Program-made: the position numbers and the translations under genes
Shown: in pieces, positions 39,392 through 50,206 of the stretch
Layout of the letters: the number at the start of each line of letters is the position of its first letter
Numbering within the stretch: the first letter of the stretch is position 1
The notes under the pieces: model-generated
Seen by the model: the letters and a program-made list of their open reading frames with translations, nothing else
What the model was told of the DNA's origin: nothing
The model's database searches: none
IMG/VR virus record: IMGVR_UViG_3300037483_001046
Source of the DNA: a virus
DNA: 64,000 nucleotides
Reading direction: 5' to 3' (one strand)

Positions 39392-39443
39392 TATTTGGGT
39401 AAAAACTGCAAGATATTTTGATTATGATGTATAAGGAAATTGA

Positions 39444-39764
39444 ATGCCAAAAGAACAAAAAGATGCCGGAACGGGCATCGCCGTAAAGGAGAGGCAAGAG
39501 ACAAAATACAAAAAGCCTCGGATGCATAAAGTCATTTTCTATAATGATGATTACACGCCATTTGACTTTGTGACGATGCTTTTGCAAACAATCTATAACA
39601 AGACAGAACAGCAGTCCTTGGAGCTTGCCATGGAAATCCATAAAAAAGGTTCAGGGATTGCTGGCATCTATACGCGCGAGATTGCCGAGACCAAAATCGT
39701 TCAAAGCAATACTCTTATCATTCAAAAAGAATATCCATTGATAATCGAAATGGAACCAGAGTAA
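39444..39764 (+). CDS. clpS: ATP-dependent Clp protease adaptor ClpS
   Basis: P.MHKVIFYNDDYTPFDFV...MEIHKKG.GIAG.Y..EIAETK...YPL. Confidence 0.92.
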   Translation: MPKEQKDAGTGIAVKERQETKYKKPRMHKVIFYNDDYTPFDFVTMLLQTIYNKTEQQSLELAMEIHKKGSGIAGIYTREIAETKIVQSNTLIIQKEYPLIIEMEPE

Positions 39765-39780
39765 ACAGAGAAGGTCAACG

Positions 39781-39912
39781 ATGAAGATTTGGATAAGCGA
39801 TTGTGGGCCCACAAAGGGTTCTGGCAATGGCTATGGTTTTGGACATGGCAACGGAAATGGCGCTGGCCGCGGAAATGGCGACGGCGATGGCTCTGGAAAC
39901 GGCTTGGGTTAG
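39781..39912 (+). CDS. Gly-X repeat micro-protein, copy 4 (5' half only)
   Basis: MKIWISDCGPTKGSGNG...GNGLG-stop; lacks the TYKVIE tail. Confidence 0.65.
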   Translation: MKIWISDCGPTKGSGNGYGFGHGNGNGAGRGNGDGDGSGNGLG

Positions 39913-40279
39913 GCTTGAGTTTCAAGATATTAGAATTGAGCATTATAAAATAAATGCGCCATCATTTTCCGCTTCGCATGCAAAAGATCTTTTAAAGTTT
40001 GGAAAAGAAATTTCTGGGCCCATTTTAGTTCATTGTGCTTGGGGGCTTTCAAGGTCGCCAGGTTGTGCATTTTTATTGGCGGCTCAAGCATACGGCCCAG
40101 GCTATGAAGATGAAGCCGCTAATGCTATAAAATCATATGGAACAAGGCTTGGTTGCCCAAATTCAATCATTGTCCGCATAGGTGACGAGATTCTTGCAAG
40201 AAATGGCGCTCTAAAACAAGCTTGGGAAAAGAAATGGAATGATGGAAAAAGCTTTTCTTGGGATGTTATAAGATTATGA
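39803..40279 (+). CDS. protein-tyrosine-phosphatase-like protein whose N-terminus is supplied by the Gly element read in another frame
   Basis: P-loop VHCAWGLSRS, LEFQDI, PN..IV..GD..L; the N-terminal MAMVLDMATEMALA is the repeat in an alternative frame. Confidence 0.7.
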   Translation: MGPQRVLAMAMVLDMATEMALAAEMATAMALETAWVRLEFQDIRIEHYKINAPSFSASHAKDLLKFGKEISGPILVHCAWGLSRSPGCAFLLAAQAYGPGYEDEAANAIKSYGTRLGCPNSIIVRIGDEILARNGALKQAWEKKWNDGKSFSWDVIRL

Positions 40280-40716
40280 TTCAAAAAGCAATCAAACGTT
40301 CATTTTCCAAGGCTCGCAAAAAGGGTTGGGATAAGCTTTATTGGTTAATCGATCTTCATGAAACGGTTTTGAAGCCGAATTATAAAGAGAAAGAAATATC
40401 AACGGAGTTTTATCCACGAGCCAAAGAGGTTTTGCAAGTCCTTTCCATAAGAAAGGATATTGTTTTAATTCTTTTTACGTGTTCTTGGCCAGATGAAATT
40501 GTAAAATATATTCAATTTTTTGCTGAGCAAGGCATTAACTTTGAATATATCAATGGCAATCCCGAAGTTGAAAATCAAGGATATGGTTATTATGTTGACA
40601 AGCCATATGCGGATGTGCTATTGGACGATAAGGCGGGTTTTGACTGGCAAACCGATTGGGATATTATTGTTGATGAGCTTGCCGGGCAATCTCTTCTAAA
40701 AGCAAGGACAAAATGA
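40276..40716 (+). CDS. HAD-superfamily-like protein
   Basis: LIDLHETV, LILFTCS, DVLLDDKAGF. Confidence 0.55.
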   Translation: MIQKAIKRSFSKARKKGWDKLYWLIDLHETVLKPNYKEKEISTEFYPRAKEVLQVLSIRKDIVLILFTCSWPDEIVKYIQFFAEQGINFEYINGNPEVENQGYGYYVDKPYADVLLDDKAGFDWQTDWDIIVDELAGQSLLKARTK

Positions 40717-40791
40717 TTAAGCACTCTTACGAATTTGATTCAATTGCGCCTGCGCCATAAGACAATTCTGCCCCAAGCATTGGAGACCAAT

Positions 40792-41124
40792 ATGAGGAAT
40801 CGATTATCCAAACAATTGAAGGAAGACTGGATCAAGGCTCTTCGTTCTGGCGAGTACCAGCAAGGAACAGGATTTCTTTGCCAATTAAAAAATGGTAAAG
40901 AAACATATTGTTGTCTTGGAGTTTTGGCCGATATCGAATATGATGGATTTTGGGAAGCTGAATCTAAAGTTGAATCTGCTGGATCTAATTGGAAGATTGA
41001 AATGAGCAGCACTCATTATGGTGCTCATTTAATTGGGGATCACGACGTAAGCGAACTTATTAACATGAATGACGAAGGCAAAACATTTGAAGAAATTGCA
41101 AGCTGGATCGAAAAATACCTATGA
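40792..41124 (+). CDS. hypothetical protein, WIKALRSGEY/CCLGVL family
   Basis: Paralogue of 50207 and the C-terminal half of 22528. Confidence 0.7.
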   Translation: MRNRLSKQLKEDWIKALRSGEYQQGTGFLCQLKNGKETYCCLGVLADIEYDGFWEAESKVESAGSNWKIEMSSTHYGAHLIGDHDVSELINMNDEGKTFEEIASWIEKYL

Positions 41125-41736
41125 AATATGATATAAAAAAGACAAGTGAAATCATTTCTTATGTCGGGCGCAGCATCCAAAATGGAACAAAATAAGGCCT
41201 ATACCTATTATTGGCTAATAAGAAAACGATTTTTCGGATTCACCATTTATTTGGATATGGAGGGTCCTCCGGAACTAAGATATGGCCATGTTTTTGTTAA
41301 GGTTTTTGGTTATGGAGATCCGGGCAGACCAGATATGAAAAGTCACTTTTTTGGAAAGATAACAGAACATCGGATTAAAACAAAAAAAGCAATAATGGTA
41401 TCGAAGCTTGCTAAAAAAAGCGAGAAGAAAGAAAGTTTGAAGAAAATGCTTAGGACTATGAGCAAGACAACTTATGGTTGACACCTAAAAATCTTTGAAG
41501 TATGATTGGGTCCGAAATGAAATTCAAGGGAGAATATAGACTCAGCCCTGAAGATCTAGAAAAAGCTATCATAATCTATCTTTGATGAGCCGTCTATTTC
41601 ATTTTTAGTAAACAACCAGGGCGGCTCTATTTTTAAAGGGGCAATCATTTCCATGGGACGCCCTCCGGTTGATGTTTCCAGCCGGCAAAAAGATCGCAAA
41701 TAAATCATTTCAATTATTGTGTTATAATAAAATCTT

Positions 41737-42519
41737 ATGAGAAAAGACATGGCAAAAAAGCTCTGCGAGCGTCCACGAGTTGGAAGCGGCTATGAAAGAG
41801 CACAAAAAGGGCGGATGAAAATCCGTGTCCAAGATCTCGACGTATACGAGGAAGAAGACGGAACCGTCATGATGGATACGGACGAAGGCGAGATTGCTCG
41901 CCCTATGAGCCGTCGCCGTTATGGGAACAAGGAACTAAACGAGAACCTGAAGCCCTTGTATCGTTTTGTGGATGCTCAGGTAAATCGTCCTTGGGATAAA
42001 GTCTATAGCGAAATCCGCGAGCATGTTCGCGTCGATTCCGCAGTTCAATTGCATATCCTTCAACATCTTGATTTTTACGTTGAGGGACAAAATGGCGGAC
42101 TTTATGAAGATGAAGAGACCAAACGCATTTATCGAGAAGATACGTCCATTTTGCGGCGTGGTTCGGAGTTGATGCCGGGCGACCTATACGTCCATCCCAG
42201 AACCGGAATTCTCCGTCGATATAACAAAAAGAAGCAAGTTCCCAAAAGACTTGACAAAGACATCGTTCGTGAGATTAGTTCGCAAACATTTTACTGCAAA
42301 ATCAACGGATTTTGGTACGAAGTTCGCTATAGCAAACCTGTTCGTATTGAGAATTTTACGAAGAAATTTTTCTATTTTGGGCACCCTGATTTCTTAGTTA
42401 AGAAAGTTTGGAATTTTGACAAACGAACTTATGTTCCGTCTTCCTTGTTAGAATATTCCAAGCGTCAACTTCCTAAAAATATCCTCAAGAAATATGGTCT
42501 CAAAAATGAGCGAAAATAG
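41737..42519 (+). CDS. conserved hypothetical protein
   Basis: KELNENLKPL...VNRPWDKVYSEI...LYVHPRTGIL. Confidence 0.7.
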   Translation: MRKDMAKKLCERPRVGSGYERAQKGRMKIRVQDLDVYEEEDGTVMMDTDEGEIARPMSRRRYGNKELNENLKPLYRFVDAQVNRPWDKVYSEIREHVRVDSAVQLHILQHLDFYVEGQNGGLYEDEETKRIYREDTSILRRGSELMPGDLYVHPRTGILRRYNKKKQVPKRLDKDIVREISSQTFYCKINGFWYEVRYSKPVRIENFTKKFFYFGHPDFLVKKVWNFDKRTYVPSSLLEYSKRQLPKNILKKYGLKNERK

Positions 42520-43750
42520 CGACAGATTATGAGGCCAAACGGATAAGGATTAATGAATGGGGCGACAAATATTATGACCAAAATTGGCAGGCTCATTCCC
42601 GTTTTCATAATTCTTGCAATTATGTTCACGATCTTGATTATTGATTTTGTGCGTGGAGCGATCTTTGGTTACAAGCAAGGAAAACGGGGATACAAAGTTG
42701 CTAAAGACAAAAGCAAAATTATGGCGGCCAAAATGAATCAATGGTGGGAAGAGAAGAAAAATGAGCGGTCCCTATAGAGAAAGCCCAGACAACATTGAAT
42801 ATCGAACAAAATGGGACGGTATTATAGATGCGATAAAGGCTCAAAAAATGCCTGCCATTAAAACATTTATAACCCTTGTCGTAATATGTTTAATTTATTT
42901 CATTCCTTATTTCACAGCGTATTTCACAGCGTACATATTTCCTCTAGGTGTTCCCACATGGGAAGAAAGCCACGTAGCTCATGCTGGATTGATGGCTTTT
43001 TGGGGGGTGGGAATATTGCTTTTCTTTACTATCATTACTACTGTCATTGTTCATTTTATTTATGGGATATACAATATTGTGTCTCAAGTAATAGAATAGA
43101 TAATAGAGGCAACAATGAAATTGAACGAACTTACAGAGAATATGTTTGGGGTACACTTTATGGAACTTTGGGATTGATATACAATAGAATTAGATGGAAA
43201 CATATATAATATTGGGCCTTATATTTTGGTTATTCATTTGCATGACAGGTTTTGTGTTCTTTATTCCTCGCCTATTTGTGTTTTGGTGGTACAGCTTAAA
43301 AATTGTTGTCAAAACATGGTGGAAAGATTTTCAATAAAACATCATTTGTCTTTGATAAGCTTCGATCATGAAGCTGGATGAAATCAATCTGATTCCCGAG
43401 CCAATTGAGTACAAAATACGAAACAACTTAGGTGAAAATCTTGTTGTGAAAGGGACGCCATTTGGCCGATATTTCGCTCTTCGACTTTGTAATAACAACT
43501 ATGTTGTTGACCATTGGCCTTCAGGCTTTAAAGCAGGAGACTTTTCGCCAATAAATATGGCAGTATTATTTGCCACATTTTTGTCAGAAATTGACGATTT
43601 TTCCGATTCAGACATCATTTCTAAGAAATCAATAGAATCTTATAAAAGATATAAGCACCAATTTGATTACTATAAAGAATTTGATAACAAAAGCAATACC
43701 TTTTATGAAGGAGAGCCCGGTCTTAATCCATCCAATATCAAAGAGCTATT

Positions 43751-44503
43751 ATGAAAGATGATCTTGGAAATAGAATGAAAGGATATGAAAGGGTTCCCAA
43801 CATTCGTTTAACACCGCGAATGCCATTTATCATCCGTGTCGACGGCAAAGCGTTTCATTCCTTTACTAAAGGATTTGACAAGCCCTGGGACCTAAAATTA
43901 GTGGAAGCCATGACCACCGCGGCACAGCATCTTATGAAAGAAGTCATGGGATCAAAGATTGCTTATATTCAATCTGATGAAATAAGCATCTTATGCACAG
44001 ATTATGATAGGTTGGAATCTCAGCCATGGTTTGATAAAAAAGTGCAAAAGATTTGTTCAGTTTCTGCGTCAATTGCAACAATGGCATTTAACTCCGATTT
44101 ACTTAAGTCTAAGGGGAAAATTCATCATGCTTGTTTCGATGCCAGAGTTTTTCCAATTCCAAAAGAAGAAGTTTGCAACTACTTTATTTGGAGACAGCAA
44201 GATGCTGTAAGAAATAGCATTCAAGGATTAGGGCAAAATAAATTTAGCCATAAGCAATTGCAAGGCAAAAACGGATCGCAAATTCAAGAAATGCTTTTCC
44301 AAGAACATGGAATTAACTGGAATGCTTTGGAAACATGGAAAAAGCGTGGATGGTGCGTTGTAAGAGAAAAGACAGAAACGGAGCGAACGTTAATAAAACC
44401 AGATTGGGACAGTCCGACGTTCTCCCAGGACAGAGACTATATTGAAAAGCATCTTTATGTTCTGAATGACAAAAGGCTTGACATTCAACCTGAGTCGGGA
44501 TAA
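43751..44503 (+). CDS. thg1: tRNA-His guanylyltransferase Thg1-like protein (3'-5' polymerase)
   Basis: RMKGYE, IIRVDGKAFHSFT, YIQSDEISIL, FDARVF, NYFIWRQQDAVRNS. Confidence 0.93.
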   Translation: MKDDLGNRMKGYERVPNIRLTPRMPFIIRVDGKAFHSFTKGFDKPWDLKLVEAMTTAAQHLMKEVMGSKIAYIQSDEISILCTDYDRLESQPWFDKKVQKICSVSASIATMAFNSDLLKSKGKIHHACFDARVFPIPKEEVCNYFIWRQQDAVRNSIQGLGQNKFSHKQLQGKNGSQIQEMLFQEHGINWNALETWKKRGWCVVREKTETERTLIKPDWDSPTFSQDRDYIEKHLYVLNDKRLDIQPESG

Positions 44504-45639
44504 AATAATATTGAAGAGTTAAAGGAAGGAAATGCTGATCCCGATTAAAAAACGAGAGACTGAACGCCCTGAAAAGGATTTTAGATGGGCGATAGACATT
44601 TCTTTCTCTAGTCTTGCACTCACAAATGTTGTTCGTGGTGACGAAGAAAAGAATTTATGGCGCCCAGTCGGAAGGTATTTTGGCATTTACATAAACCGTC
44701 ATTGGTCATGGGGAAGTGAACACATATATTATGATGGTCCTAATTGCTCATTTTCGATTGGATTTCTCCATATTGCATGGAGCTGGAATTTCTGCCAAAA
44801 ATGTTTTGAAGAGGCATAATGGATAAAGGATATTACATCGCAATTTGTTGCATTGCGATTTGTGTTATCGTTATGATTGGCGACAAATTCGCTCCGAGCA
44901 CATGCCAAAAAGAAGTTCGCATTATGACAGAAAAATGCATTTATGATGGTGGCGACGAAGAGATGTGCATGGACAAGGCTAAAGAGCTTCTAATCGAATG
45001 CCGATCTGAAGTCATAAGGCGCAAATGAGATGATTGAAAAGCCATTTTTTATTGGAGAGTTTATTGAAATAGCTCAGGATTGTCAGGCTGCCATTTTGCG
45101 GCCGGATGGTCATTTAATGGCTGCCAATTTTGAGGTCCCCGAGGGAACGAAGGGGATTATTTCTCGTGTTTGGCAAACGGTGCATCCTAAAATAAAAGAC
45201 GATCCTCCGGGCCAACATATCGAAATAAAGATCGGATTTTCAAAATTTTGGATATGCCAAATGTATATTGAGAGGGACCATGAGCACACAAAGCACGCAT
45301 AATACGCAACCAATTGACCCCAATGAAATCAAAATGGCTATTGCTATTGATCACATTGACCGGAGAATCGACATTCTAAGATCCGAACATAAAAGTGCAT
45401 TAACGATCGCAGAACTTCAAAAAGTAAAAGAAATTCTAAATGGAATGAAATGCGTTGGTTAATTACATATATTCGCTCTTGCTTTTGCAAGCATAATCTT
45501 GAATATGAAGAAGAAACATTCAAAGTCCATTATTCCCTCTTTTATCGCGACTTTACACGAATAGAGACACATGTATATGTGGTGTGCAAAAAGTGTGGAT
45601 ATCATAATACCTATAAAAAGTTTTCATAAAATAAGCGCC

Positions 45640-46158
45640 ATGAGCAAAAGATCTAAATTTTTATCACTTATATTGAGACATAAGCCAGAAGAGATTGGTC
45701 TATCCTTGGACAAAAATGGGTGGGCCAATGTTAAATTGTTGTTGTCTAAGGCCAAAATGTCAATGACAGAGCTGGAAGAAATAGTTGAAACAAACAATAA
45801 AAAAAGATTTGAGTTCAACGAAAATAAGACAAAGATTCGTGCAAGACAAGGGCATAGCATAAAAATTGATTTAGGGTATGAAGAGAAAGAGCCACCAGAG
45901 TTTTTATACCATGGCACAGCAACACGATTTATTGAACCGATTTATAAAGATGGATTAAGCAAAATGAATCGTCATGCGGTTCATTTGTCAAAAGACTTTG
46001 AAACGGCAATAAATGTTGGACAAAGGCATGGAAAGCCCATTGTGCTTTTGATTTATGCTCAAAAGATGCACAAAGATGGACATAAGTTTTATTTAACCGG
46101 CAATGATGTTTGGTACACAGATCATGTGCCAACAAAATATCTTGCCATTATATCATAA
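45640..46158 (+). CDS. kptA: RNA 2'-phosphotransferase (KptA/Tpt1)
   Basis: SKFLSLILRHKPE, KKRFEF, IRARQGHS, LYHGT, MNRHAVHLS, RHGKP. Confidence 0.93.
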   Translation: MSKRSKFLSLILRHKPEEIGLSLDKNGWANVKLLLSKAKMSMTELEEIVETNNKKRFEFNENKTKIRARQGHSIKIDLGYEEKEPPEFLYHGTATRFIEPIYKDGLSKMNRHAVHLSKDFETAINVGQRHGKPIVLLIYAQKMHKDGHKFYLTGNDVWYTDHVPTKYLAIIS

Positions 46159-46183
46159 AATTTCAAAGCCCTTTTTAGGCTTA

Positions 46184-46609
46184 TTATGCTAAGGTAAGAG
46201 AGCCAGAGCTTCCCAAAATCAAAAAGCTTGCTCCATCACACATAATGGCCATTGACGAACCAACAACGTTTTCAGTAGCCACACTTCCGCCATTATCTGT
46301 TCCATCCGTAAATGGACGAATAACCGTTTCAGAAGAACCAGAAATGATTACATGTGCATGATTTGAGCCCGCACGAAAAGACCAGAGAGTTCCTTGAACT
46401 TCAGAGGCCGCAGGCATTGTTACAGTAATCACCGCAGAACCAGAAACAACGTAGGAACCGGCCTGGTCAGAACGTAATGTAACGTTTGCTGAGAGCACGC
46501 CTCCGCTTTTCAAATCTGGCCCCAATCCTTTATTGCGAGTTCCACTTTCTGGGCTCGTCTCAAATGCTATAATCCCTCTATCTGTTACTCTATGTCTAAT
46601 GCGTGGCAT
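46184..46609 (-). CDS. beta-rich hypothetical protein
   Basis: 141 aa Ser/Gly/Thr/Val-rich ORF; one of the few minus-strand genes. Confidence 0.6.
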   Translation of the reverse strand: MPRIRHRVTDRGIIAFETSPESGTRNKGLGPDLKSGGVLSANVTLRSDQAGSYVVSGSAVITVTMPAASEVQGTLWSFRAGSNHAHVIISGSSETVIRPFTDGTDNGGSVATENVVGSSMAIMCDGASFLILGSSGSLTLA

Positions 46610-46708
46610 GACAATAAATACTCAAATAGAATTGTTTTTCTAAATTTCTTTGTAGAATTTAAATCTTATATAATATCAGGAGGTAATCAAATCTGATACA
46701 CTTTGCTT

Positions 46709-47680
46709 ATGAAAAGAGTGTCAGGTTTTTTACTATTTATTACCTTATTTTTCTTATATGTTTTATTGATTTTTAATTCTTTGGGCTGTCAAGTTGTTAG
46801 TCCTGAAAATGCTTTATCATTTCAAGATAGCACCGGAACAGAAACAGGAACAGGAGTCCCAGAAGAACCAAAAGAAAAATTGGATATAGAAAATCTTTAT
46901 CTTGATGTTTTTGCAAATCCAGAAGAAGGAGTAGCAAAATGTCAAGATATAGATTTTTTATTTGTTGTTGATAATTCCGGCTCAATGGGCGACAATCAAC
47001 AGACATTAATTAATAATTTTCCTGTTTTTGTTCAAGGTATTGAACAATGGATTCCTTCATTGGAAAAATACCATGTTGGGATTGTTACTACGGATGCCTA
47101 TAATTGGAATGAAGAAGGGTGCCAAAAAATTGGGGCTTTGGTAACAAGAACAGGAAATTACAATGAAGTTGAAGAATGTGGAGTCGTTAGTAATCCTGAT
47201 CTTTATGCTGATGGATACCGATTTATGACGAACAATGATGACTTGGGAAGTAGATTTGCATGCGCAGCCAATGTTGGATCAGCTGGTTCAGGAATGGAAC
47301 TTCAATTACTGTCTATGATGCAAGCGGTTGAAGTTTACTATAATTCACCCGGTCAATGTAATGAAAACTTTATAAGAGAAAATGCCTTGCTTGTTGTTGT
47401 TATTCTAACCGACGAAGACGATCATTCAGGAGACGTTGCAGAAAATTGGTATGATCATCTAGTTTGGGTAAAAAACGGAAAACCAGATAATATCGTTGTT
47501 CTTTCAATTATTCCTTCTGGAGACGGATATTACGGAGCCCCTATTCTCAAAGAATTTACCATGCTTTTCAAAAATGGATTTATTGGAGATATCGATGCAG
47601 CAAATTATGCCGACTTTTTCAAAGATGCAATTTCTGTTATTTTTAAAGCTTGTTATGGGGAATTCCCGCCAGAAGGATAA
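46709..47680 (+). CDS. vWA-domain lipoprotein of myxobacterial style
   Basis: Signal + LGC lipobox, MIDAS DFLFVVDNSGSM, YHVGIVTTD, LLVVVILTDEDD. Confidence 0.8.
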   Translation: MKRVSGFLLFITLFFLYVLLIFNSLGCQVVSPENALSFQDSTGTETGTGVPEEPKEKLDIENLYLDVFANPEEGVAKCQDIDFLFVVDNSGSMGDNQQTLINNFPVFVQGIEQWIPSLEKYHVGIVTTDAYNWNEEGCQKIGALVTRTGNYNEVEECGVVSNPDLYADGYRFMTNNDDLGSRFACAANVGSAGSGMELQLLSMMQAVEVYYNSPGQCNENFIRENALLVVVILTDEDDHSGDVAENWYDHLVWVKNGKPDNIVVLSIIPSGDGYYGAPILKEFTMLFKNGFIGDIDAANYADFFKDAISVIFKACYGEFPPEG

Positions 47681-49024
47681 TAGAAATTGCCTCAATTAAG
47701 GTATAGTAAATTTATGATATTAGTAGAAGAAATTGTTGGATTAATAAGGAATAAGGGCTCTATGACTTTAGATGAAATTTCTACAGAAATGCATGCATCT
47801 GAAAATGATATTTCAATCACACTCCGCGAAGCGGAAATTCTTGGATTAGTATATCGTCAGAAAAATGAAGAAGAAGAGGTTTACAAGGCATAATGGATGA
47901 AGAAAAGAAAAAAGAAATATCTGAGAAGATTGTGAATAAGCTTAAGAAGAATATTGATTCGATTATGGCACCTTATGGACTTTATTTCGAAACGCCTGGT
48001 AAATTAAGACGTGCTGTTTTGGAATATATGAATCGCAAAGCTAAAAAAGATGCAATGGAAGCCTTGGATGATTCGAAGGCACCAGAGAAGTTGCCAAGCA
48101 ATTTGGACATCTGCTAAAATATATTATAAGGACTTGGGCATGGCAGACAAGTGAAAAAGAAGGGGTTGACAAGGCCCATTTCGTGCTTAAATTGGGTTAG
48201 GAGGTGCTGCATGGATAGCATCCTTAAGAAACTATTTCACCTAATTTTTGTATTCTGGTTTGCCCGATTGTGGGGATTCATTTTTGTAATGGTCATGTTT
48301 TGGCTTTTGTGGGAAGTTGGAACTTCGTTCGTCTCAGGAAATGAGATGTGCCATTTCGATTTCTCAGAGCTGATGTGGAAAGGAGACTGCTAATGACCGC
48401 GATTCTAGTCTTTTTGGGAGTTGTTGGATTGGGCTTTCTTGCGGCCAAGGATAAGCTTGGAGTTTTTCTTACTGGGCTTGGGTATTTGACTGCCGCTATT
48501 GCGATCTTGATGTCCCTCTTCTTTGGATTTCTTTATCTTTACACGAATTTCGTTGTTGATCTTTGGAATTCAGGATGGCAATGACTCTTAATTTTAGAAT
48601 AGATGTGTTTACCTCAAAAGGTTGGCAACATACCGCCAGCTTTGCGGGGGAAACGGATGCTTACGAATATGGCGAGCGGCACAGCATGTCTGGCGCTCGC
48701 CTATGGAATGGCAACGAATGCATTGCGGCAACGCATGGACGAAAATCATGGCATGAAATTAAACACAATAGAAATTGTGATGGAAAGCCATGCGAATGCG
48801 GCGCCGTTCCTCCAATTGGCTCGTTTCACCGAGGCAGATAATGAATATAACAAAAAGTCTTACGGAATCCATAAAGGGAAAAGTTTGTTGTGACTTGTGC
48901 ATTTCTTATGTCAATTCATTTGTTGAAATTGATATAGGCTGGCCAGACGATAAACCCTCAAAATCTCATATTTGTCTTGAATGCAAATCAAAAATAGAGA
49001 GCGCAGAAATTTCGAGGACGCATC

Positions 49025-49312
49025 ATGAAGATTTGGCTAAGCGATGATTATGGGCCAACAGAGGGATCTGGCTATGGCGATGGCTATGGAAATGGAAATG
49101 GCTCTGGACATGGATATGGCTCTGGATATGGAAATGGAAATGGCTCTGGATATGGTTATGATGGCAATGGCCATGGTGATGGAAACGGCTTGGGTTTTGG
49201 CTGTGGCAGCGGCTATGGCTCTGGCCATGGTGATGGACATATGAATATTCAAAAGCAAAGAACTTATAAGGTGATTGAATTACAACTTCCAAAAAGAAAA
49301 GAAAGCATATAG
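49025..49312 (+). CDS. Gly-X repeat micro-protein, copy 5
   Basis: MKIWLSDDYGPT-(GX)n-QKQRTYKVIEL. Confidence 0.7.
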   Translation: MKIWLSDDYGPTEGSGYGDGYGNGNGSGHGYGSGYGNGNGSGYGYDGNGHGDGNGLGFGCGSGYGSGHGDGHMNIQKQRTYKVIELQLPKRKESI

Positions 49313-49674
49313 TAAAATGAAAACGATTGAACTAGAAGATATTCGATGGGAGCATAAGATTTCTCCAATCGAAGCTCATTATGCGGCAAACTTGTTAAAT
49401 AACCTTGGATCAAGCGACGATTTGATCTTGGTTGACGAAGACGACGATCATGTTATTTATGCAAGGAATGTGAGTATTGTTTTGGCCATGGCTATGTCTG
49501 ATGGTCCAAGCCCTGAAGATGAGGACAAGGACTTTTGTGAGGAATTTGAGAAGTGGACCGATCTTTGGGATGGACCTCCGGGCTTGCCTATGGTATGGGA
49601 ACATATCAGCATTACGTTTGGCGATCCGTCCACCATCGTTTTGACCTATAAAAAAGAGGAAGAATGATAATATC

Positions 49675-49971
49675 ATGAAGATTTGGCTTAGCGATTATGG
49701 GCCCACAAATGGCGCTGGCATTGGCTATGGCGATGGCTCTGGACATGGATATGGCTCTGGACATGGCTTTGGAAATGGCTTTGGACATGGATATGGCTCT
49801 GGATATGGAAATGGAAATGGCCATGGATCTGGCCATGGCGATGGCCATGGCCGTGGACATGGCTTTGGAACTTGCTTTGGATATGGAGCTGGAAATGGAT
49901 ATGGCTATGGCAACGGAAAGGGCCAAGCGAAGACTCAAAATCAAAGAATCTACAAAGTGATTGAGTTATGA
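49675..49971 (+). CDS. Gly-X repeat micro-protein, copy 6
   Basis: MKIWLSDYGPT-(GX)n-QNQRIYKVIEL. Confidence 0.7.
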   Translation: MKIWLSDYGPTNGAGIGYGDGSGHGYGSGHGFGNGFGHGYGSGYGNGNGHGSGHGDGHGRGHGFGTCFGYGAGNGYGYGNGKGQAKTQNQRIYKVIEL

Positions 49972-50206
49972 GGCACATTAATGATTAAGGTTGTTCATAC
50001 AAACAAACAAGAAACGCAAGGCATTTATGAACAATGTTGCTTTTGCTGGAATCCAACATCTTTTTGGACAGAGGTCAAAAAAAGAAAGCCTGGCGACCAG
50101 GTTGCCTGTTGTCAATCTTGCGCGCTCATTTATCGAGTTAAAGATGTCCCATCCAAATCGTATTGGTTTCTAATCTCTAAGATATTGAAAAGAAACGAGG
50201 AACAAA

